A stretch of 64,000 nt of DNA. Source: Bacillales bacterium. Its GTDB lineage: Bacteria > Bacillota > Bacilli > CAJFEE01. Positions 41,035 to 51,900 of the stretch are shown here, one piece after another. Where the stretch lies: NCBI GenBank assembly GCA_029256085.1, contig JAQSYP010000002.1:343342-407341 (forward strand), in the 5' to 3' direction. The notes beneath the pieces are model-generated. The model searched no databases, was not told the DNA's origin, and worked only from the letters and a program-made list of their open reading frames with translations. Every line of letters starts with the position of its first letter. The stretch's first letter is position 1. Position numbers and translations under genes: made by a program.

Positions 41035-44000
41035 TTACTTCCAAATAAAGCCGTCGCCCTTAATTAGATCCAAACCATTTAGATTTCCATCTCTGAAATG
41101 AGTTTTTTGATTACTTGCATCTAAACCGTTTCTATAATCAATTGAATAGCCACCAGAAAAAACATACGGTGCAACACCAGCTGGTCTTGTATTTAGTAAT
41201 TTTGATGATGTTTTCCAATCTGCTTTAAGCATCCATGGATTTGTCGCATTTCCTCCCCTGTAACCTGCTGTTGAAACATAATCCGGGTCATCTGCTTTAT
41301 GTTCTTCCCCGTGACAGGTTAGATAGCACTTTCTATTTGACCTACTATATTGTCTAGATCCTCCTACTATATTAGTAGGGAAGCCAATTTTATGGTCAAC
41401 AGAAACGCCATCTCTTTGTTCAGATTCAATCGCGCCATGTGGCCTGTGACATGTTTTACATGGGGTTGATCTTCCTTTAACTTTAAAATTATGAAGATTT
41501 CCAAAATCAGAGGTATTAGCGCCACTACTAAATAATTTGTTTGAGTCATGACAGTCAAAACATAACGCATAGTTTGCTTCACTATAACTAATATTTCCAG
41601 TTGTCACTATATATTTCATTCTTAGACCGTTCGGATATTGTGATCCGTGTGGATTGTGGCACACTTGGCAATCAAACTGTGAATGTCCACGCTTCTCATT
41701 AACATCTTTTCCATTGAATTCAAGAGTCGATGTAGCTGAATTATCTGTGTATTGGAATTCTAATGTAGTTTTATGACATGCGTAACAAAACTCTTTACCA
41801 TTATTAGATATTGCTACTTCTTCAGTAGTAATTGCATTTTTAATTTTTTCTCTTAATAGTGGTTTTATATTTGAACCATGTTTTTCATGACAAGATATAC
41901 ATTTTACTTGTGAGTCACCTGCTATGCCAGATCCTCCGAATACACTGTACATTTTGCTTGAGTTATGCCCTTTATTTAATGCTGGTACATTAGTTTCATG
42001 ATTTCCTCTATAATCGGTTAAATAGTTTGATTGATTAGAGGTAGGAATACTACTGAGTGAAGGACCTTGTAAATAACCATATGATCCTGTATTAGCATTT
42101 CCATGACAGTTCCAACAGAAACCATTTCCGCTCTCATCTTTTTCACTATTTCGATTGAAACTTTGCAACATTCCAGGTGAACTTGGAATTGGAGTACCCT
42201 TGTCTAAATCTTTACCTTTATCATGAGGCATGTGGCAATCGATGCAAGTGATTCTAAATTTTGAAGCCGATTCATCAGTATTAGAATATATCGGATGGTG
42301 ACTAACTTTCTCTGAAGGGTATGCCCCCCCTAATTCGTCTTTAATGTTAAAAGTACTTCCTAAACCATCATGGCATTGTAGACACAATTGATAAATTTCA
42401 ATTTCGTTTAGTAGTTCAGGCTTTTTACCTTTGTGTGTAGAATGACAGTTTTTACACATCTCTGTCTCTTCTGCAAAATCTCCATGTGGTTTTGAGAATT
42501 TAGTAGCACCTGTTGTAAATGTATATGACATCGCTTCAGAGACTGCAACATTCGATGTATTCTTTATTGTATTTGCAATGCTAACAGTATAAGTTCTTTC
42601 AATATTTAAAAGAGAATCTGGTTTAAATAAAATCTCATTTGGATTCTTTAAAGATAACGTACCAGATACTAATTGATTAGTAGTATTATCTTTAAGAGTA
42701 ACTGCTCCAGAAATTGTTGATAACAATATTGCCTCATCAAACCTAACTAATATTTCTGTGCCTGTTCCTACCCCAACCGAATCAGGTGCAGGCTTAAAAA
42801 ATTTATATTCTGGGGGTGAGTTATCTACATCTGTTTTCTGAGAGACTGTGTTACTATACCCTGATTTATTTCCTGAAGTATCAACAGCTACCATCTTAAA
42901 CTCATAGTTTGTATCAGGATTAAGTTCTTCAATTGTGCCTGTTGTAAAAACATCGCTAAACGGAACCTTTTTCACAAGAAGATTATTTGCTAATACATCT
43001 ATTTCATATCTATCTAAACCCGTATTATCTGTCGAGCCTGTCCAACTTAAAGAAACAGTATTTGTTGTGAAGTCAGTTACTGTCAAATTTGCAGGCGAAG
43101 TCGGGGGTATTGAATCAGGCTCAGGCGTATTTACAGTAATTATTTCTGTAGGTGCAGAATGATATTCACTATCGTTCACAGTAACAATTCTAAAGAAATA
43201 TTTACTATTTGGTGATATTACACCATTAACTCTGAAATTCGTGAAAGTAGTCTCACCGACTTGTTGATATAAACTACCATCTTGACTCATGTAAACAATA
43301 TATTTGCTAATATTTGTTCCACCTGCTGGTAGCCAATTTAGATCTACAGAGGTTGGCGTAATTGCGCCTACGTTCACTTCAGTTACTTTCTCAGGTGTCG
43401 AAATTGGTGTTATACCTGGTACACTAATAGGTAATGAAGTGACGGTTGGGCTTGTTTGATTTCTATCATCAATTGCTGTTACCTTGTATGAATAGGTAGT
43501 ACCTGGAACAATACTTGGATCGATAAAACTATTTGTCTCAGACGTACCGATCAGTTCAGTTAAAGTTCCATTAACTCTTTCAATTTTAAATCCTGTTAAA
43601 TATGTGCTATTATAGGCATCCCACTGTAATTCTACCTTTGTATTATTTGAAATTAGGTTTAATATTAATCCTGATGGTGCCTCTGTTAGTGTTGGTACAT
43701 TTATAGGCTTGGTGATAGAAAGATTACTAATTTTTGTAACAATAGTTGATGAGTCACTATCATCATTCTGCATATCATTGCAAACCCTAAGATAATACAT
43801 ACCTTTAGAATAGGCAGTACCATTTTTTAGTTCAAAATTTACATTTAAATTAGAAACAGTTTTAGTAGTATTAGTATAAACGTTTATCCAATTTGTCCCA
43901 TCGGTTGTATAGGATGCTGTATTAGAGTGTATTATTTTTGAAGAATCTGCATTATTAAATGATTTATTTAATGTTAATGAAACCTTTATAGGTCCTCCAT

Positions 44001-44829
44001 TAAAATTACTATCATTTACTTCCATTCCATTGCCACTTTTCAAATTAAAACACGTCTGTCTCGAAGTATTAGAACCAGATGAAGAAATAGACATATCTGA
44101 CGTGCCATTCGCTGTAAAAGTTGTAGAAGTATTACCTGTTTTCTCCCATTGAGTAGAATAATCGTTTCTAACAAACGTTTGACTACCCGTAGCAGTTAGC
44201 ACTGTAGCCCCAGATACAGTAACTGATGAATAGTACGCAGATACATTCCCTGCTTTATCTACTGCTCTTACCTTATACGTATTTGAAGTTTCTGCAGCTA
44301 TTTGTAAATCTTTGAAACTAGTATTACTCGTTACACCAATCCTTGTAGCTCCCTTATAAATTTCATAGTAAGCAATATCAGTATCTGGTGACGCTGTCCA
44401 ATTTATTTTAATAGCACCAGAAGAAGTTACATATGTAATAGCAGTATTTACTGGTAAACTAGGAGCTATCTTATCTGTAACATAAATACTCCTAGCTGCA
44501 CCAATATTAATCACTTCAGGCGATCCTGATCTAGTAGCAACTTCATACTGATATAGAGTATTTGCATTTACATTTGTATCAGTAAATTCTGTTAATGTCT
44601 TATCAACTGAAAACCTTTCTATTTTATCTGGTGATGTTCTATAAATATAGTAACCATCAGCAGCATTATCTGTTTGCCATGTAATTCTAACAGTATTATT
44701 AAGCTGAGTGATTGTGCTAATATCAGGGCCAGCACCAAAAACTTTATAAACATAAGTAGTAATTAAAATCGTCATTAAAAATAATGTAATAATTGAATAC
44801 TTTTTGTTAATTTTCACTAGTTGCACCAC
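41035..44829 (-). CDS. Giant secreted multiheme cytochrome: ~5 FN3 + jelly-roll-like + Ig-like (Big_5/SbsA) + 9 CxxCH + 1 CxxxCH
   Basis: Signal peptide (start possibly GTG 44817); FN3 motifs such as Y.VRAVDKAGNVS; CKNCH, CLQCH, CIDCH, CWNCH, CISCH, CYACH, CQVCH, CFDCH, CKTCH, CYLTCH. Confidence 0.9.
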   Translation of the reverse strand: MVQLVKINKKYSIITLFLMTILITTYVYKVFGAGPDISTITQLNNTVRITWQTDNAADGYYIYRTSPDKIERFSVDKTLTEFTDTNVNANTLYQYEVATRSGSPEVINIGAARSIYVTDKIAPSLPVNTAITYVTSSGAIKINWTASPDTDIAYYEIYKGATRIGVTSNTSFKDLQIAAETSNTYKVRAVDKAGNVSAYYSSVTVSGATVLTATGSQTFVRNDYSTQWEKTGNTSTTFTANGTSDMSISSSGSNTSRQTCFNLKSGNGMEVNDSNFNGGPIKVSLTLNKSFNNADSSKIIHSNTASYTTDGTNWINVYTNTTKTVSNLNVNFELKNGTAYSKGMYYLRVCNDMQNDDSDSSTIVTKISNLSITKPINVPTLTEAPSGLILNLISNNTKVELQWDAYNSTYLTGFKIERVNGTLTELIGTSETNSFIDPSIVPGTTYSYKVTAIDDRNQTSPTVTSLPISVPGITPISTPEKVTEVNVGAITPTSVDLNWLPAGGTNISKYIVYMSQDGSLYQQVGETTFTNFRVNGVISPNSKYFFRIVTVNDSEYHSAPTEIITVNTPEPDSIPPTSPANLTVTDFTTNTVSLSWTGSTDNTGLDRYEIDVLANNLLVKKVPFSDVFTTGTIEELNPDTNYEFKMVAVDTSGNKSGYSNTVSQKTDVDNSPPEYKFFKPAPDSVGVGTGTEILVRFDEAILLSTISGAVTLKDNTTNQLVSGTLSLKNPNEILFKPDSLLNIERTYTVSIANTIKNTSNVAVSEAMSYTFTTGATKFSKPHGDFAEETEMCKNCHSTHKGKKPELLNEIEIYQLCLQCHDGLGSTFNIKDELGGAYPSEKVSHHPIYSNTDESASKFRITCIDCHMPHDKGKDLDKGTPIPSSPGMLQSFNRNSEKDESGNGFCWNCHGNANTGSYGYLQGPSLSSIPTSNQSNYLTDYRGNHETNVPALNKGHNSSKMYSVFGGSGIAGDSQVKCISCHEKHGSNIKPLLREKIKNAITTEEVAISNNGKEFCYACHKTTLEFQYTDNSATSTLEFNGKDVNEKRGHSQFDCQVCHNPHGSQYPNGLRMKYIVTTGNISYSEANYALCFDCHDSNKLFSSGANTSDFGNLHNFKVKGRSTPCKTCHRPHGAIESEQRDGVSVDHKIGFPTNIVGGSRQYSRSNRKCYLTCHGEEHKADDPDYVSTAGYRGGNATNPWMLKADWKTSSKLLNTRPAGVAPYVFSGGYSIDYRNGLDASNQKTHFRDGNLNGLDLIKGDGFIWK

Positions 44830-44940
44830 ACAATTTATTAGTATTTTAATAGAAATTTACAAATTTTTACAAATTTTTACATTTTTTACACACAAGAATT
44901 TATTTTACCATGTTTTTATTAATGTTCAATATAAAAATAA

Positions 44941-44971
44941 AAAAAAGCTGCCGATTATTTAATTCGGCAGC
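44941..44971 (-). terminator. Intrinsic terminator after the 1247-aa cytochrome
   Basis: GCTGCCGA...TCGGCAGC stem with U-tract on the minus strand. Confidence 0.75.
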
Positions 44972-44978
44972 AATAATT

Positions 44979-47900
44979 TTATTTATAGTGCAATCCATCA
45001 GCATTAGCATCTCTGTATCGTAAAAGCCCTAAAGAGTTACGCGCAGTTAACAACTTTGATTCTGTCTTCCAATTTGTCTTTAAGCTTCTTTCAAGTTGTG
45101 CTTGTGTTGGGTTTGTTAAAGGTCTCAAGTTAGAAATTGACTCGGAACCGTGACAACTAGGACTGCATGTAGCGCTTGTCTCACCTCTGTTATACGTTCC
45201 TGGATTAGTAACCGGGAAACCAACTTTGTGTCTTAATGACCCTGTATTTTCAGAAGCTTTTGCCCCATGCATTCTGTGACACCTTTTACAATGTGCATTT
45301 TCTGCTTTTTCATAAAAGTGATATGCATGTGTATTTCCGCGGTCTGATTCAGAAGGTCCACTTGATGTAATCTTATTTAGGTCATGACAGTCTAAGCATA
45401 AAGCTGCATCAGCACTTCGGTTAGAAGTAGATTGTCCAACCGCATAATTCATTCTTAAATAGTTCGGGTATGCTGAACCATGTGGATTATGACAAACTTG
45501 ACAATCAAATTGAGCATGGCCTCCTGTCTCATTTGATACTTTACCATCATAATCATTGAACGCAGTTCCATTGCTACTCCAATCTGAGTAGGTATAGTCT
45601 ACAGCATTTTCATGACATTGATAACAATACTCCTTACCATTACTCGTAACCGCTGCTGGTTTAGGTTCTACATTATCATATTTAATCTGAGTTCTGAGTA
45701 AAGGCTTTAATTCAGATCCATGGTTGTCATGGCAAATTGAACACTTTATCCCAGTAGGTGACGAGTCCTTATGGTTTCCAGTGGCACTGTCAATATAATG
45801 TGATGACTTATAATGATCCATTTTTGATGAATTATGTCCCTTATCATTTTTAGGATAATATGTTTCATGATCTCCACGATAATCATAGTTGTTTATTAGT
45901 GGACCGCCATCTAAATATCCAAAAGAATAAGTAGGACTACCTTCTTTACCATGACAGTTCCAACAGAAATTGTTTCCGGAACCATCAGCTTGTGGTTTAA
46001 CAGTATATTCGCCTGTAGCAGAGTCCTTTACACCCTTATTAAAACTCCACAACAGCTTTACTTCTGAAGAAAGTGGTTGACCAGTATCCAAGTTTCTTCC
46101 ACGGTTGTGTGGTTCATGGCATGAAATACAAGTTAATTTGAAATTTTTACCTGACTCATCCTTCTCTTCTTGAGTAGCTGTATATATTGGATGATGACTG
46201 TTTTTTTCTGTTGGGTAAGCGCCTAACTGATCTTTAACATTGTATGTGCTACCTGTTCCGTCATGGCATTGGAAACACAGATTAAATATTTCAGTTTGAT
46301 TTAATAGTTTTGGTTTCTTACCTGTGTGAGTACTATGGCAGTTCTTGCACATTTCCGTTTCATCTGCAAAATCACCATGAGGTCTTGAGTGTACAGTTTC
46401 ACCTGTTGTAAAAGACCAAACAATATTTTCAATAAGACTTATTCCAGCACCGTTTTTAATTTCTGTAGTTAATGTTATTTCATACTCTGTGTTTGGTAAT
46501 AATTCATCAGACGGTGTAAATCTTACCTCAGTGGATGCAGTATAAGTGAATGCACCTGGAACTTTAGTTGTTGTACCTTTTTTTACTACAAAAAGTGAAT
46601 TATTATTAATTGAGCTTTGGTTCATCGTATCTGAAAATCTTGCTAAAATAAATGAACCGGTACCTACTCCTGTTGAACCATTTGCCGGTTTACTAAATGT
46701 CACCTCTGGTGGAGATGTATCTAAAGCAGTTCTAGTGGGTACCACTACAGATGCTGATGAAGCATTCCCAGATGTGTCAAACGATAAAATTCTAAAGCTA
46801 TATGGGGTATCTTGTGTTAAGTCTTCCAAAGTCACTTTATCAATTGGGTGTGAAACAGTTCTTACAGTTGTCCATACTCCGTCTACATCTTCTTGTATTT
46901 CATAACGGTCAACTTCGATATCATCCGTTGAAAGTCCCCACGAAAAATCAATTGAAGATGAAGTTATATTACTTAATACGAAATTAGTTGGTGTCGTTGG
47001 TGCAATTAAATCTGGTGAAGATGTTGTACCACTAATAACTTGTGTAGGACCAGAAAAATTCCCTAAATCATTTTCTGCTACAACTCTAAAATAGTAAGTT
47101 GTAAGTGGTGATAATCCACTTTCCACTCTATAATTTGTAAAAGTAGTTACGCCTACTGGACTATAAGATGTACCGTCTGTACTCATATAAATTACATATT
47201 TTGATACATCAATAGTTGGAGATGCATCCCATATTAAATCTAATGTTAATGGCGTTACTTTGCTTATTGAACCGTCAATTGGTGGTTGTGGTACAGCCAC
47301 TTCACCATTTTTTTTAGGGACTAAAATCGAAACATTTGAGGTCTGAGTTGAAACTAATCCTCTATCATCAATCGCCTCTACCTTGTACTGGTATGTCACG
47401 TCATTTACACTTTGTGGAACACTAGCGTCTAAAAAACTATTACTTACAGTAGTCCCTATTAGAACATTGTTCCTATATATTCTATATCCGGCTAGATTAA
47501 CGTCACTAGATGCTGTCCAAGACATTTGAACTGTATCATTGTTTGCTCCTAAAGAAAGTGTTGGAACGCCAGGAACAGGTGGTGCTGCATTTGTTGAATT
47601 CAATGTTACTTGTAAATTATCTACATTTAATTCTGACCAGTCTGACCCTCGGCTAGAGGTTGAGAGTGATGCTCTAATTCTTAAGTGATACGTTCCTGCT
47701 GTATTTGTAAGATTTGCAGATGCATTTACATATCCACTAGTACGGTTCCCTGTGTCATTCGTATGAACTGTGCTCCAAGTGCTTGATGATGTTGATTTAT
47801 AATCTATCCAGAAATCGACGTTTTCTCCTTCACCACTTCGATTATCAGCATTGTACCAATTCTTGCTATAACTAAATGAAACTACAGCACTATTTCCACC

Positions 47901-48722
47901 CGCCTCAGACGGAGAAATTGTAAACGCGTTAGTAGTATTTAAAACCGCTTCTGCAGATCTTGTTATTCTATCTCCCGCAACATAAAACCTAGCAGTACTT
48001 CCTAGTGTTAATATTGTGGGGTTCGATCCGCCTGCAGTCCATTGACCAGGAAAATTTTCTGTAAGTTTAACAGTGTTTTGAGTTGACGGTAGTGCAGCTA
48101 ATGTTGTTGTTGACGCATTCGTATAAAATCCCGAAACATTTCCGCTTGTATCTACAGCTTTGATATTATAAGTATAAGCGGTGCTAGAAACTAAGCCATT
48201 TAAATCTCTATACGAATTTGTACTCGAAACTCCGACCTTTACAGAGTTTCTATATATTTCATAAAACTTAACATCTGTTGAAGACGCTGAATTCCAAGAT
48301 AAATCTACAAAATTCGGTCCTGGTACTGTTGAAATTGTTAAATTTGTTGGTAAGGTTGGTGCTGTCAGATCTTTAGTGTAAATCGAATAAGCCTGACTAT
48401 AGTTACTTGACCCACCTTCAACTGAAACAACCTCGTATTGATATAATGTTTGTTCATTTATCGTATTATCGGTGTAAGTTGTAGTTGTAGCATTGTTAAT
48501 TACACCGATTTTTTCAATTTTATCCTTTGATGTTCTGAAAATTTGATATTCCGAAGCACCTGGTACTTCTGTCCAGTTTATTGTAAGACTATTACCTGCT
48601 TGAGTAATGCTAGTAATAGAGGTACCAGCGCTATATACTTTATTTACTAAAGGAATTATAAGTAATGAAATTAGTAATATATTTAAGGTTAACTTGCTTG
48701 TTTTATTTATGTGTTTAGTCAT
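44979..48722 (-). CDS. Giant secreted FN3/Ig multiheme cytochrome, paralog 2
   Basis: AAGGAG RBS; CKNCH, CFQCH, CISCH, CWNCH, CSICH, CYQCH, CQVCH, CLDCH, CKRCH, CSPSCH. Confidence 0.9.
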   Translation of the reverse strand: MTKHINKTSKLTLNILLISLLIIPLVNKVYSAGTSITSITQAGNSLTINWTEVPGASEYQIFRTSKDKIEKIGVINNATTTTYTDNTINEQTLYQYEVVSVEGGSSNYSQAYSIYTKDLTAPTLPTNLTISTVPGPNFVDLSWNSASSTDVKFYEIYRNSVKVGVSSTNSYRDLNGLVSSTAYTYNIKAVDTSGNVSGFYTNASTTTLAALPSTQNTVKLTENFPGQWTAGGSNPTILTLGSTARFYVAGDRITRSAEAVLNTTNAFTISPSEAGGNSAVVSFSYSKNWYNADNRSGEGENVDFWIDYKSTSSSTWSTVHTNDTGNRTSGYVNASANLTNTAGTYHLRIRASLSTSSRGSDWSELNVDNLQVTLNSTNAAPPVPGVPTLSLGANNDTVQMSWTASSDVNLAGYRIYRNNVLIGTTVSNSFLDASVPQSVNDVTYQYKVEAIDDRGLVSTQTSNVSILVPKKNGEVAVPQPPIDGSISKVTPLTLDLIWDASPTIDVSKYVIYMSTDGTSYSPVGVTTFTNYRVESGLSPLTTYYFRVVAENDLGNFSGPTQVISGTTSSPDLIAPTTPTNFVLSNITSSSIDFSWGLSTDDIEVDRYEIQEDVDGVWTTVRTVSHPIDKVTLEDLTQDTPYSFRILSFDTSGNASSASVVVPTRTALDTSPPEVTFSKPANGSTGVGTGSFILARFSDTMNQSSINNNSLFVVKKGTTTKVPGAFTYTASTEVRFTPSDELLPNTEYEITLTTEIKNGAGISLIENIVWSFTTGETVHSRPHGDFADETEMCKNCHSTHTGKKPKLLNQTEIFNLCFQCHDGTGSTYNVKDQLGAYPTEKNSHHPIYTATQEEKDESGKNFKLTCISCHEPHNRGRNLDTGQPLSSEVKLLWSFNKGVKDSATGEYTVKPQADGSGNNFCWNCHGKEGSPTYSFGYLDGGPLINNYDYRGDHETYYPKNDKGHNSSKMDHYKSSHYIDSATGNHKDSSPTGIKCSICHDNHGSELKPLLRTQIKYDNVEPKPAAVTSNGKEYCYQCHENAVDYTYSDWSSNGTAFNDYDGKVSNETGGHAQFDCQVCHNPHGSAYPNYLRMNYAVGQSTSNRSADAALCLDCHDLNKITSSGPSESDRGNTHAYHFYEKAENAHCKRCHRMHGAKASENTGSLRHKVGFPVTNPGTYNRGETSATCSPSCHGSESISNLRPLTNPTQAQLERSLKTNWKTESKLLTARNSLGLLRYRDANADGLHYK

Positions 48723-48907
48723 AGGATGTTCTCCTTGTTTTCGACTTTATTTTACATTATTCGACAACTTATAGCTTAATTTTAACATATTTCCTACTAA
48801 TCTGATGTTAATTTAAGTAATTGTCATATATACTTAATATTTATTATTAATAAGTAATATTTACCATTATAGGCAAGTCGCTCCTTTAAGAAACCTTTCA
48901 TAAAATG

Positions 48908-48939
48908 AAAAAATGCCGAGATAAAATCTCAGCATTTTT
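48908..48939 (-). terminator. Intrinsic terminator after the 1244-aa cytochrome
   Basis: AAAAATGCCGAGAT-AAA-ATCTCAGCATTTTT. Confidence 0.7.
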
Positions 48940-48944
48940 GCATT

Positions 48945-51900
48945 TTATTTATAAAGTAGTCCGTTATTATTTGAGTCTCTATATTGAAGTAAATTTAAAG
49001 ACCTTCTATCAGATAGTATTTTTGAGGACGTTTCCCAATTCGTGTGCAAACTTCTCTTGATTTGTTCATCTGTAGGAGACGTAATCGGTCTTAAGTTTGC
49101 TACTGGTTGATCACCATGACAACTTGGATTACAAGTTGCCGTATTTTCTGAGCGGTTATATGTACCAGGATTTGTAACAGGAAAACCAATTTTATGGTTT
49201 AGATTACCATTATTCTCTGAATCTTTAGCCCCATGTACCCTGTGACATCTCTTACACGTTGCCGTTGGCGTTTTAGTAAAGTGATAACTATGCATACTTT
49301 TAGTTTCAGAATTTACCGTAATTGTTGGACCTGTAGTAACGGAAGTTAAATTACCTTTACTATGACAATCATAGCAAATCGCTGCTGCAACATCAGTGTT
49401 TGAAGACGATTGTCCAACTGCATAATTTAATCTTAAATAATTAGGATTTTCAGAACCATGCGTGTTATGACATACTTGACAATCAAACTGTGAGTGTCCA
49501 CTTCTCTCATTTACTTCTTTACCATCATAATCATTAAATGCTGTACCGTAACTACCCCAATCAGAATAAGTATAGTCAATTGCATTTTCATGGCATTGGT
49601 AACAAAATTCTTTCCCATTATTAGTAATTGTTGCTGTCGAAGAAGTTGTATTCTCAAATGATATATTTCCTCTTAATAGTGGCTTAATATCAGAGGCATG
49701 TTTTTCATGACAAATTGAGCATTTAATATTTGTTGGAGATGAATCCTTGTGCTCAGATCCCTCTATATAATGAGAAGATTTATAGTGATCCATCTTACTT
49801 GAATTGTGCCCCTTATTGTTTTTTGGGAAATTAGTTTCGTGATCACCAATATAATCTACCGTTTTATTAAATGTTCCATCATCTAAATATCCATATGAAT
49901 ATGTTGGACTTCCTTCTCGACCATGACAACTCCAACAAAATTTATTGCCAGAACCAGAGGCCTCAGGTTTCACAGTATAGATATCAGACGCAATATCCTT
50001 AACTCCCTTGTTAAAGCTCCATAATAATTTTGCTTCTGACGTTAAAGATAACCCAGTATCTAAATCCATTCCTCGATTATGCGGCTCATGACAGGAAACA
50101 CAAGACATTGTAAATTTATTACCTTGTTCATCTGTCTCATTAATTGTCTCTGATAAAACAGGGTGATGACTTGTCTTTTCAGCAGGATTTCCAAAGTCAC
50201 CTTTAACATTATAGATACTACCAGTTCCGTCATGACACTGAATACATAAATCAAGTATCTTATCTTGCGTTAGTAAGTTAGTACTTTTTCCTTCATGTCC
50301 GCTATGGCAATTGTTACACATTCCAGTTTCATCAGCAAAGCTTCCATGTGGTTTATTATATAGTGCTTCTCCGGTTGTAAAAGACCATTTAAACTCTTCT
50401 ATTAATCCCATTTCAGCCATGTTTTTAGCTGACGTAGTTATAGTTACTTCATACTCTGTATTTGCATCCAAGTTGACTGTTGGATTAAGAATAAATGCTG
50501 TTTGATTTGTCGAATACGTTGCAGCCAATTTTACCGAAGTTCCTTTTTGTGTGATGAAAAAAGAATCAGAGTTAATAGTTGTAACATTCATTCTATCTGT
50601 AAATTTTGCTGTAATATTCGTTGCCCTTCCGACTTCAATCGATTGATTAGATGGCTTAAAAAATGCAACCTCTGGCGGTGAAGTATCTACTAAAGTTTTC
50701 ACATTCACAACTTGATGTGGAACCTCAGACTTATTTCCTGATGTATCAATTGCAGTTATTCTGAATTTGTAATTTGTGTTTTGTAATAACTCCTTAATAG
50801 ATACGGAATTTTTCGGATGAGCGATAGTATTGACAAGATGCCAGGTACCACTACCATTAATTTCAGCTTCTACTTCATACCTTTCAACACCCTCATTATC
50901 AGTAGATAATTTCCAAGCTAAGTCTACAGAGGAAGACGTTATATTTGTTGCTTTAAAATCAGTTGGCTTAGTCGGACTTGTAGAATCAGCTTCCGAAAAA
51001 GACCCGCTGAAAATTTGCGTCGCACCTGAGAACTCGCCATCTTTATCAACAGCAATTACTCTAAAATCATAAGGTGCAGGATATGAATCATCTTTATTAA
51101 ATTTAAAGTTCGTAAAAGTTGTTACTCCAATAACGCTAAATTTTGTTCCATCGTTTTTAAAGATTATATATTTTTGAATGTCAGGTGAAGGCGACGCTTC
51201 CCAAGTTAAATTCATGCTTATTTTGGTTGGTTTGTCGACAAGACCACCCCCCGGTGCTTGTGGTGGCATTACATCATCCTCATAACTAGGAACAGTGATA
51301 GGAATCCCAACTGTCTGTGCTGTTAAACCTCTGTCATCAATTGCCTCAATTTTATATGTATACTCAGCATCCGAATCTTTAAGTTCAAAACTAGAATCTG
51401 TAAAACTATTATTGACTGTACTTGCGATTACAGTATTATCTCTATAAATCCTATATCCTATCAAATTAATATCAGATGATGCTGTCCATGATAAATTTAA
51501 ATATTTTTTAGTTGCTCCAAGAGATATTTCAGGATTACCCGGAACAGATGGTGCAAAGTTGTTAACATATACTTTTAAATTATCAACTTCAAGTTCAGCC
51601 CAGTTACCAGACGTTTCGTTACTAGTCTTTACAGACATAGTAAATCTTAACTGGTATCTACCCGATGATAAATTAATATCATCTGAAAACTGAACATCGT
51701 TTGTAGTTGCTGTATTACTAATTGTAGCCATAGTTGTCCACTCACTTGAACCTATAGCCTTATACTCGATTCCAAGATTATATGCTTGTCCATTCGAATT
51801 ATTATTATTTTTATTTCCCCAGTTAAAAGAGTAGTCAAAGTTTATTTTAACGTTATTACTTGCATTAGTTTCATTTTCTAGAATTTCGAATGCATAAGCA

